Made by a program: the position numbers and the translations under genes. The notes under the pieces are model-generated. The model worked only from the letters and a program-made list of their open reading frames with translations, was not told where the DNA came from and searched no databases. A DNA stretch of 64,000 nt from Lingula anatina. Its lineage: Eukaryota; Animalia; Brachiopoda. Where the stretch lies: assembly GCA_051362555.1 (NCBI GenBank), contig CM120648.1, positions 12,458,587 to 12,522,586 on the forward strand, in the 5' to 3' direction. Below are positions 26,901-38,800 of this stretch, in pieces (position 1 is the stretch's first letter; the number at the start of each line of letters is the position of its first letter).

Positions 26901-29900
26901 GGTTTTCTCCGTTTTTGATCCATCTTTCTTTTGATCTTATCATTATACCCTTTACTTTTATTTTTCTCATATTTTCCAGTTTCACCTTTTCCTTATTTAT
27001 CATTTCATGAATTTCTACTTTTTTGTCTAATTCAGCCTCATTTTTAAGATCATTCTCTAGGTCATTTATGGTAGTTTCCACATGTTTCTCCTCAGACTCT
27101 CTTTTTTTTTTTTTTTTATCCTAGCCCCAAAAGCAATCGTTTTCCCCCTGATTTTCATTAAGAGAGTTTCAAGAAATAGCCCATCACTTATAGTTAACTG
27201 TAGAGAAAGCTTGTCAATATTCAGTATATTATCTCTATTATAGGGCGCTGCTGCATACTCTAAGATAGTTTCATTAATTGTCTGCTTTACTATATCGGCA
27301 TATTCACTTTCATATAAGTGGGAGTTATTGAATTTCCAAAAACCTTTTCAGTGTTTAATTTTCCTTTTTAACTGTAAGTCCAGAGTAATGATGGAGTGGT
27401 CTCTCTTATAACCTGGAATAATCTGACTATCTTCAATAAAGTTTGTAATGTTGTGGAAACATTAAAATAATCTAACCTTGCCTGTTTGAAAGGCGTAGGC
27501 TGCCGCCATGTATACTGTCTAACTTCCTCATGCATTTCCCTCCATATATCATGCCAGTTATGCAAGTCCATTAAGGTATAAAGCTGATCAGAGGCCTTGG
27601 GGTTATTTTTTATGTTTATAGTTATACGTGTCCTTCTCTTGGTCGAATACTTAGTTAAAGTCCCCATGGATAATATGATCCTGATTTCCAAAGTTCATTA
27701 TTATCTCATGTAATTTAAAGAAAAATTCAGGTGAATCATTATTGGGACCATACAGATTTATGAGTGAAATGTCTTTTTTATCTACTGTCATACTAAGAGC
27801 AATAAAGTTTCCGCCAGTGTCTTTCTCAACCTCCTTAATTTTATATTCAAAATTATTGTTTACCAGTATTGCAACTCCTCTTGAGTTAGAGGTTCCATGG
27901 CTGAAAAAGCTTTTAAAACCCCATTCAGCTCTTATATATTTTTCCATAGATAATGTTCTATGAGTATCTTGCAGACAGTAGATGGAAAAGGATTTCTTTC
28001 GCAAGAAATTGAACACATCTAACCTCTTATTTCGGTCCTCAAGGCCCCTACAATTTACTGAGCATATTTTAATATTTGATTTGATCTGTGTATATCTCGA
28101 CTTTGTGATGTAAATAAATTTACATCACAAAGTCATATTCTAAGTATAAGTATAGCAATTCATACTGAGGGATCAAATCTAAGTTTTTCGTTGTTGCAAA
28201 CTATACTTAACTACATATACATGTATATCAGTTATACTATATAATGCATTATCAAATTCGCTTCCATCCACCCACGCATACGGTAGATCACTTGTACTCA
28301 TTCTACCAGAATTGACATACCATTCATACAACTCACTTAAAACATGCACTCCTACACATACAAGAGCCCACGCACACCACGAATATGTAAACCACATAAG
28401 TGAAATTATTTAACCGACAGATGTTCAAATATGCAGTATGTTCACATAATTCATTATAGAATATATAAATTTATACAGATCCTACATGACAGTGAACAAT
28501 TCAAATGAAATACTTTTTTCTTCAGTAAAAATCAATGCCATTTAAGCCGTTTGTAACCTTAGAGAAATCTTTTTTGTAAAATTTATAACACAGCTTGACT
28601 CACCTCGTCTCAGTAGTGTGAATGAAGAGTTAAACTATACATACCACTGAACACTTTCTCCTGAGTCAAGGAATCTTAGAGAAGAAGACTGAATATATAC
28701 CTTAAAAAGATTATAATAGAAGTAAGTTAGACAGATGATGATAATAATCCTAAACATATGTCTATATGCAGTCACATTCATGCTAATTGGGCTAGGCATT
28801 TTGCTTATGAGTTATTGTTCACATTTTTCAAATTGAGCCTTTAAGTTTTCCTTAGTTTAAGTTTTTCGTCCAAGTTATCACAAATGTCAATTTTCATCCT
28901 GCGACCATTTCCATTTTTCAGTTGACAGAAAATGTTACAATTAAAAAACCAGGCACTTTCTACCTCCTCATACTGTTTGAGCTTGTTTAGGAGAGTCAAG
29001 TTTTTCAAGGTTATATCATCAAACATGCGCACACCAGACTGCAGTTCTTTCTTTTTCCGCATGATTGTTTTTTTAACCTCAGTGTTTTTTAGTTTTACGA
29101 TCACTGGTTTCACCTGCCCCTGTTTGCCTGGTATACGGTGGATTGCTGTGATGTCCGTGGTAGGGATTTCAAGCTTCAACTCCTTTTTTTAGCACGTTGG
29201 TAAACACCACACGGAGATTTTCGTCCTTCTGTTCTGGCAAATTGATCACCCGTATGTTTGTTTTTCTGGAGTATTGTTCATTATGATTACTAAGGCAAAC
29301 GGCTTCTATCGTACAGTATTAATTTTTTTTAGTCTTTCATTTAGATCTTTCATCTCTCTATCTTTACCTCTTAGAACCTCTTTCAAATTATTGTTTTCCA
29401 TCATGAGGCTATCAACCTGCTCTTGTAAATTTGCAGAGCGGTTTTCAGTCTCTACTTTCAGTTCCTCAACTTTTTTGTTGAAACTTTGCTTCTAAATCAG
29501 ACAACATGTGTTTTATTTCTGCTTGGAAGTTCTGAAGAAGCTTGTTTATTACACTATAGACTGTTTTTTCCATATCATCTTTTTTAATGGTTTCCTGAAT
29601 TTCACTTTTTATTTCAGATAGTTCATTCATTACTAATTGTATTTCATCAGAGCTTGAGTTGGCCACCTCGGAATGTGGTCTTTTTGGTTTCCCACCTGTT
29701 GTGTGTGATTTATTGCTTGCTTTCTCACTGTCACATGTGAGGAACCTGGACATTGTTCTATTTTCTGCTTTACTATGCTTAGATGCCATAGTCTTCTCAC
29801 ACAATGCAATGGTCCCTTATAACTTTGATTGGTTAATTACTACTCTCTTGTTATGTGGAGGTCTGTTCTAACCAGGTGTTTATAGTCAAAGGCTGGATGG

Positions 29901-32900
29901 TAAAACCCCCTTTACACTGGACGGTGTCCTTTCTGCGTCCTTTGTGCGACCATGAAACTGGCCAGGACGCCGTTGGACGCTCAAGAACGCACAGTGATCG
30001 CCAAGGTGGCACAAAGAACGTTCAAGCATCGCCGAGGACGCCTTGGACGCCACAAAGTTTTGAGCATGTTCAAAACAATCGCAGAAAGAACGCTATGGAG
30101 GATGGTCGCGCAATGGACGCAGAAAGGACGCACAAGCATCGCCGTGGTCGCAGAGAAGACGCACAAGCATCGCCGCGGTCGCAGAGAGGACGCACAAGCA
30201 TCGCCGCGGTCATAGAAAGAAGGCACAAGCATCGCTTTGGTTGCAGAATGAAAACTCAAAGATCATCCATTGATCGGCACGTAGAACATTATTATTTTTC
30301 ACTCTGAAACGGGGCCTTGCTGAGGTATTTTTTACCAAAAAGGAATTCTAAGGGTAACAGTGGTCTCATATCGGCCTCCAATTGTTTTTTCCCCTAAAAT
30401 TCATGAAACGATCCATTTTTTAGGTTATTATAAAACGAATATTTTGCCTTTTTTACAAGATGCATTAATTGTCAAAACTCTGCAGAATGCGTCATTTGAA
30501 AACGGATTCAAATATTCTATGCTGTGTCAGTCACACTTTCTCGTTTTCGGCGCCTGTCCATCCTTCTTATAAGGATAACATTGAGCATTTGGCTGATTAT
30601 TAGTCCATGCAGACCTTGCATAACTATAGTTTAAAGCGTTAATTCCCATTTATTTGTTTTGTGTACTGGAAATGTTCTTTATTGGATGACCTGGTTAGAA
30701 CCGATGAAAATATATGAGTTAGAATATAGAGAAGGACGCCCAAACATTAACGCTCATTGGTCAAGCAGGATGCAGAATGATCGTAGAATAGATGCCACTG
30801 ATCACCAATGAAGGTACAGAGAATGCAGCAAGAATGCTCAATGGTCGCTCAAACATCGCAGTGGACGCATTGGGTTGCACAGGGGACGTGCAGTGGGAGC
30901 ACAGTTTTACAGGTAAACTCAAGATTCGTTCTTTCAAAGGACGCACAAGGGACGCAGACGCCTTTACACTGAGACACAATTTAATTGCTTAGGCGACCGT
31001 TGAGTGTCTTGACCACATTTTTGAACGCAGAAGGGACGCAGAAAGGACACCGTCCAGTGTAAAGGGGCCCTAACTGAGTAGATCTGAGTACTGTTCACTT
31101 CTCACTGAGTCTCCATTATGCTTATGTCCAGCTTTCAGTTTTAACAAAGATAGTCAAAAAAACATACTTGCCAACTTTGGAGTCTCAGATTTTTAGCACC
31201 TCTGTTTTCTTTCAACATTCGTGAACATCACTGCCGATTTCAGGGTCTCTGGATCTACATATCGCATGAAATTTGCCACAAAGTGGAGAGCCACTTTCCT
31301 TTTGAACTTCCCTCTTTGATAGCGACCTTAACCCCCCACAATATATTTTTTGGTCAGCAACAGAAAACACTCTTTTCTATTGGACTAAGTACATGGACAA
31401 AGTGAAACTTTCTGACAATTTTTTGGGGGAACATACATTATGTAGTATTAGCCATGACATAAAGCCCCTTGAGTTACAGTTTAAATATTTATAAAAACAT
31501 CCTTACGTCATATATATATATATATATAATTTATCGTGACTGAATCACTAAAAAAATATATCGGAACACAGTATAAAAATTAAAATTAAATGACCTGAAA
31601 AGCTGCGTTACTGGAACAAAGGTTACCATTTAGGGCTCACATTTGGTAAAGACATGGTAACAATTGAATACAACTGAATTCATTCAACTTGATTTTGGGG
31701 GACCTTAATAATATGGTTATGTTCTTCTGAGAAGTAATTGCAGTGCACTTTTCACCAAGTAAAATGGCTTGATAATATTCTCAAACTTACAGAATGGAGT
31801 GATTTTTTGGGTTTGAGTATGTGTGTAAAAAATACAGTGATTAGTATTTCAAAAGTGTCTTTGTGTGTGTGTGTGTGTGTGTTATATTTTCTCTTTTTAT
31901 GTACAGACACAGATGTGTCTGTACATATAGCCGTTATCTGCGTCTGTCGTCGCCGTCGCCGTGCACTTTTACCGATAACACGATAAGTGGAAAACTGTTT
32001 TTTCTTTTGGCTTGAAACTTACAGAACTGATGAATATTCATAATACGCAGGTCAAGTTCGAAAATCAGCATGATCGGGTTACTAATAGGAAATTTATGCT
32101 GTTTTTTTCACTTTTTTCAGCATATATGCAGCACCGATAACACGATAAGTGGAAAACCGTTTTAACTTTTGGCTTGAAACTTACAGAACTGATGAATATA
32201 ATACGCAGGTCAAGTTTAAAAATCAGCGTGACAGAACTGATGAATATAATACGCAGGTCAAGTTTGAAAATCAGCGTGATTGGGTCATTTTTAGTAAATT
32301 TAGGCTATTTTTCTCTTTTTTCAGCATATATACAGCACCGATAACACCATAAATGGAAAACCATTTTACCTTTTGGCTTGAAACTTACCGAACTGATGAA
32401 TATTCATAATACGCAGGTCAAGTTTGAAAATCAGCATGATTGGGTCATTTTTTTGTACAGACACAGATGTGTCTGTACATATAGCCGTCATCTGTGTCTG
32501 TCGTCGCCGTCTTTGCCGTCGCTGTGCACTTTTACCGATAACACGATAAGTGGAAAACCATTGTACCTTTTGGCTTGAAACTTACAGAACTGATGAATAT
32601 TCATAATACGCAGGTCAAGTTCAAAAATCAGCATGATTGGGTCATTTTTAGGGAATTTATGCGTTTTTTTTTTCACTTTTTTCAGCATATATGCAGCACC
32701 GATAACACGATAAGTGGAAAACCATTTTACCTTTTGGCTTGAAACTTACAGAACTGATGAATATTCATAATACGCAGGTCAAGTTCGAAAATCAGCTTGA
32801 TTGGACTATTTTTACAAATTTAAAGTTATGCTTTTTATGTACAGACACAGATGTGTCTGTACATATAGCCATCATCTGCGTTCGTCGTCGCCGTCGCCGT

Positions 32901-35840
32901 CGTCGCCGTCGCCGTGCACTTTTACTGATAACACGATAAGTGGAAAACTGTTTTTTCTTTTGGCTTGAAACTTACAGAACTGATGAATATTCGTAATACG
33001 CAGGTCAAGTTCGAAAATCAGCATGATCGGGTCACTTATAGGGAATTTATGCTGTTTTTTCACTTTTTTCAGCATATATGCAGCACCGATAACACGATAA
33101 GTGGAAAATCATTTTACCTTTTGGCTTGAAACTTACAGAACTGATGAATATTCATAATACGCAGGTCAAGTTCAAAAATCAGCATGATCGGGTCACTTAT
33201 AGGGAATTTATGCTGTTTTTTCACTTTTTTCAGCATATATGCAGCACCGATAACACGATAAGTGGAAAACCATTTTACCTTTTGGCTTGAAACTTACAGA
33301 ACTGATGAATATTCATAATACGCAAGTCAAGTTCGAAAATCAGCATGATTGGGTCATTTTTAGTGAATTTAGGCTATTTTTTCTCTTTTTTTCAGCATAT
33401 ATGCAGCACCGATAACACCATAAATGAAAAACCATTTTACCTTTTGGCTTGAAACTTACAAAACTGATGAATATTCAAAATACGCAGGTCAAGTTTGAAA
33501 ATCAGCATGATCGGGCCATTTTTAGGGATGTTATGCTGTTTTTTCACTTCTTTCAACATATATGTAACGCTAATAACACAATATAAGAAAAACAGATAGG
33601 CCAATTGTCATTATACTCACAGGAGTAGTCAAACTAACTATAAAACGCAGGTTGAGTTCCAAAATCAGCATAATCGGGCCATTCTTTTAGAAGTTATGCT
33701 GTTTTTTCACATTTCCTCAGATTCAATTGTTAGGCATATTAACAGTCTCATTATTGAACTAATAAGATACGTAAAAGTGTTTGTTTGACATTTCCTGCAT
33801 CTTAATAACATTGTTAGTTGATTATGTAAAAATGATGGTAAACTTGTTATTGTGTATTATGTTATAAAGTGTCAAAAATGGAAATAAACAAATATCATTG
33901 CAGTTTGTCAGATTCAATCATTTACTATATTCATTATCTCAGAATGGAGGAAATTGGACATTTAACACTGTTCTATTGATATTTTTCCCATCTCATCAAT
34001 TTTCTTAGTTGATCATATACAAATGGTAGAAAACTGTTTATTTTGTTTTATGTTAAAAAAGTGTTTTAAAAATGGAAGTAAACCCATTGCAGAACAGAGC
34101 TGTCTTGTTTCAGCATATATGCAGCACCGATAACACGATAAGTGGAAAACCATTTTACCTTTTCCCTTGAAACTTACAAAACTGATGAATATTCATAATA
34201 CGCAGGTCAAGTTTGAAAATCAGTATGATTGGGTCATTTTTAGAGAATTTATGCTGTTTTTTCACTTTTTTCAGCATATATGCAACACTGATAACATGAT
34301 AAGTGAAAAATCATTTTACCTTTTGGCTTGAAACTTGCAGAACTAATGAATATTCATAATACGCAGGTCAAGTTTGAAAATCAGCATCATCGGGCATTTT
34401 TAGGGAAGTAATGCTGTTTTTTCACTTTTTTCAGCATGTATGCAACACCTTTGTGCTATTTGATGGTACTGTATGGATGACAGTCTATAAAATTGTCCCT
34501 TGGGTGATCACTAATTAAACTAAGGTCTATAAAGTCACTTGCCTACTCATTAATTTTCAATTGGCCATTAAATGAGATTACATAAAACACTCCTTGAGAT
34601 TTCCCTGTAAAGTCCCATAGGTTTAGCTCTCTTAACTGTGTCACAAAATTAGGATTTGGTGATAATTGTGCAGATAAATGGTGTTTAACATTGCAAATAA
34701 ATTTACAACAAAAAGAATGTGTTATGCCAACATGCTATAGATGAATAACAGTGCTTTATTTTTCTCAAACTTGGTGGGGTTATTAATATCAAGTTAATAC
34801 AGCTAGATTAAAAGTTTGAATAGCAGCTTTATTGGAATTTTTTACGTTTTATTAAAAATTTTTTTAAAGTTATTTTTCAAACACAAGCATCTTCAAGATG
34901 TGATTTTATACTCCCATCCACCAGAAGTGCTGTGCATTTTCTGTATTTTTGTATATAATTGTTATTTCTTCAGATTTAATTCTTAGGCATGTTAACAGTC
35001 TCATTATGGAACTAATAAGATATGTAAAAGTGTTGTTTTGACATTTTCTGCTTCTTAACAATATTGTTTGTTGATTATATAAAAATGATGGTAAACCTGT
35101 TATAATATTGTGCATTGTGTAATTTGGTATCATAAATGGAAAGGAACTCATCATTGCAGTTTGTCAGATTTAATCATTCACTATGTTCAGCATCTGCAAA
35201 TAGAGCAAATTGGACATTGAAAATTGTTCTATTGCTATTTTTCCTATATCAGCAATTTTCCTAGTTGAACATTTAAAAATGACAGTTTATTGATCATTTT
35301 GTTTTAAAAAAGGTGTTGAAAATGGAAAGAAAATCATTTCAGTACAGTTATCTCTTGTTTACATTTTGGCATTTTGAAAGTGTGGCTCTGAACTTCCATG
35401 GCCTTGAAGACCTTCCCAAATCACATTTTCTGAATATTCATGATACTTTTATTTTTTTATGAAAATTTGATGGTCATTATGCTGTTAAGTATTATGTTTT
35501 ATTGCATGAAAGTTGAAGAAAACCCTATTTTGGACACTGCTGCCAGGATAGCGATTAAGGGAAAACCATGTTACTTACGATACTGAAACTTAGTGAAAAG
35601 TTTCATAAGACAGAAGTGCGCAGCTTGTGTTTGAAAACCAGTGTGATTGTTTTCTGTTTTGGAGGCAATGCAGGTTTATAGAGTGCTATACTGGCATTTT
35701 CAAGTTGTGACTTATCACTCCCATCTGCCAGGAGCCCTGTACTCTTACTTTGTAACATTTTCTGTATTTTGTTAAGTTACAAGAATGATTCTTAGGATTG
35801 ACATACAGCCCAAAAAAAAATAATAATAATAATATATAGT

Positions 35841-35885
<45 letters not shown>

Positions 35886-38800
35886 AAATGAGTTTAAGCA
35901 ATTTTTTTTTGTGTGTAATTTTCACTCATTGTGTGTAATTTTCACCTCATTCTGGCATTTCCAAAGTTTAACTCTTATCAGCCTAACACCTTAGGGACTA
36001 TTTCCAGACCCTATCACGCTAACTGTGGATCGATCTATCTCCATGGGAATTCTCGCTAAATTGCAATCAATGTAAGTGGCTTAGTTGTCTGTCACGCCTA
36101 CTGAAACTGGCATGCCAAAATCCTAAGACTCTCAAACTGAAAGCAATTTAGTGAGAAACCCCTTGGAGTTGCATTGATCCTGTTAGATTGATCTAGGTAT
36201 GGGAACTCAGTCTAATGCTTGATACACATTTTACTTTCATCCTAATCCAATGTTATGCAGAATAAGAATTTGATGTTGGCTATGCAGTTACAGTAAGCAT
36301 AATACATTAGTTCATCAGAATTGACAGTATCCTATTTCCTGCGTTTTTATTTTCTGGTTTTTGTCTGTACATTTGACAGCTTTGCTGCCTTGTTTTCCAT
36401 TTTTTCTGCATATATACAACACTGATAACGCATTTTAAGGAAAACCAATCGGCCTTTTGTCTTGAAACTCACAGGAGTGATCAGTCTGACTAATATACAG
36501 ATCAAGTTTGAAAATAAGCTTGATCAGTTCAGTTTTGATGAAGTTATTAGCCTATTTGTATATAATATAAGTGGTTTTTCTTCAGGTTTAATTTTTAGGC
36601 ATGTTAAAAGTCTCATTATGGAACAAATTAAATATGTAAAAGTGTTTGTTTGACATTCTCTGCTTCTTAGAAATATTGTTAGTTAATTATATAAAAATGA
36701 CAGTATACCTTTTATTGTGCATTGTTTAATAAAGTATCAAAAATGGAAAGGAACTCATATCATTGCAGTTCGTCAGACTCACTCATTCACTAAGTTAAGA
36801 ATCTCAGAATGGAGCAAGTTGGACATTAAGATTTGTTCTATTGAAATTTTTCTTTGACAACATATTTTAATTGATCACATAAAAATGACAGTAAATCGAT
36901 TGTTTTTTTATGTAAAAAAAGGTATTGAAAATGGAAATTAACTCTTTTCAATACAGTATCTCTTGTTTAGTTTTTGGGATTTTCAAAGTGTGTCTGAACT
37001 CTATTGGCTAGACACATTTTGTGAATATCCATGATAGTTTTATTTTATCATTAAAAAACTGATGGTTATTATGCTGTTAAGCATTGTGTAATATTGCATC
37101 AAAATAGAACAAAACCCTATTTTGGGCACTGCCTCCGTAGTGACTGTGAAAGGAAAACCATGTCACTTGCTCTTTTTACACTTAAGGGAAAGAAAAATAG
37201 GACTGAAATACAGCTTCAGTTGGAAAATATGTCTCATTAGTTAATTTTCGGGAAACTATAGAGGTTTTTTTGTGAAAATTTTTTTCTTTCACATACTGGA
37301 ATTTTCAATGTGGGACTTAGAACTCCCTTGGGCATGAAGCCCAGTGGTAATCACATTTTTTTAATGTCCATGTTTTTAATAGTAGACATTTTAAAATAGG
37401 TGGTATTTATACAGTTAATCATTATGTAATGTTGCATCAAAATTGACAAAAAACCTACTTTGTGCACTGCCACCATTAACGTTATGGAAAGAAAACTGTT
37501 ACTTTCTATTTTTTCAACTAGTCTTACAAGAATGATTCTTAGGATTGACATACATGTACAGCTCATATTAGAAAACCAGCTCTATTAGATTATTATTTTT
37601 ATTAAATTTATGCATTTTTTGTGAAATTTTCATTTTTCTCATTCTGGCACTCTCTAAGTATAAACTTGAACTCTGATGGGCCTGAAGCCTTATGCTTCTA
37701 CTTTCGTCGGTGTTACCTGTTGTGCATGATTAAAATTTGATGTTGACTGTGCAGTTAAACATAATGTATTATTGCATCAGAATTGAAAGTCTCCTATTTT
37801 GTGCATTATTGTTTTGTGCTTTTCTTAAGGTGTGACTTATGGGCCTGAAGACCTTTGAGAGAGTCAGTCTGTAAATTTCCCTTGGGTATCACTAGGCTAA
37901 GTTATAAAGTTATAAAGTCATTTGCCTTATTAATAGGCCATTAAATGAGATTACATAAAGCACACTTGTTGATATTTCCTTGTAAACTCCCAAAGGTTAA
38001 GCTCTCTGCTAGATTAATAATAAGGAAGCAGTGATAATTATGCAGGTAAATTTTGTTTTATATTGCAAATAAGTTTTTAATATATATATATATATAAAAC
38101 TCACAGATTAAAAGTTTGAATAGCAGCTTCATTGGAATTATATTTACCTCTGCCAAGGAGGCTATGTTTTCACCCCTGTTTGTCTGTCATCAACATAACT
38201 CAAAAAATTATGGACCGATTTTGATGAAATTTTCAGGAACTGTCAGAAGTGGGTCAAGGAGGACAATGATTAGTTTTTGGTGGTGGTTCGGATCAATAAT
38301 CTATCAATAATTATCAAAAAATGCTGCCTTGGCAGAGGTTTGCGCTCTCAGAGTGCTTTTCTAGTTTTGTTATGTTTTCCTTTTTAATTTTTTCTCAAAC
38401 ACTGCCATTTGTGACTTTTAACTCCCATCCGCCTGAGGCTCTGCACATTTTCTGTATTTCCACATAAGCAGTTATATTGGTTTTTATGTCTTTAAACATT
38501 GTGTAATATTATTTTATGCACTGTCATCATTTTTCAAATATTGGGACTTTCATCATGTGAATTTGAACTCTCATGGTCCTGAAAGTGTAATCTTATTGAA
38601 GGGATGGATTGAGACCATCTTCTGGGTCTCCCGGAAGACGGTTGGGTTTTTAAGTTTATATTGACAGATATTTATTAATTTTTCTGTTGAAAGACAATCA
38701 AAATGGAGGATGGATCAACAAAGATACTTTGGAATACTGCCAGAATATATCTGGGTCCGTTCCTGTTATTGACCATGTTACCTGTTGTGCATGATAAAAT

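Larger units (their letters stand above)
23967..31132 (-). mobile_element. Near full-length L1/Tx1-type LINE (5'UTR, ORF1, spacer, ORF2, 3'UTR), frameshifted
   Basis: ORF1 and ORF2 fragments colinear on - strand; ends approximate, no TSD found. Confidence 0.88.

Noticed and set aside
29855-30307. Overlapping Arg-rich ORFs
   Set aside because: Products of GC-rich MITE internal repeats; no domain features
23918-31528. LINE flanked by (TA)n on both sides (microsatellite targeting)
   Set aside because: (TA)n runs are common in the window, and the right run is ~380 bp from the apparent 5' end
32020-33520. Hammerhead ribozyme core (CTGATGA...GAAA) in the 161-bp monomer
   Set aside because: I could not form stem II or a stem III/NUH arrangement around the motifs
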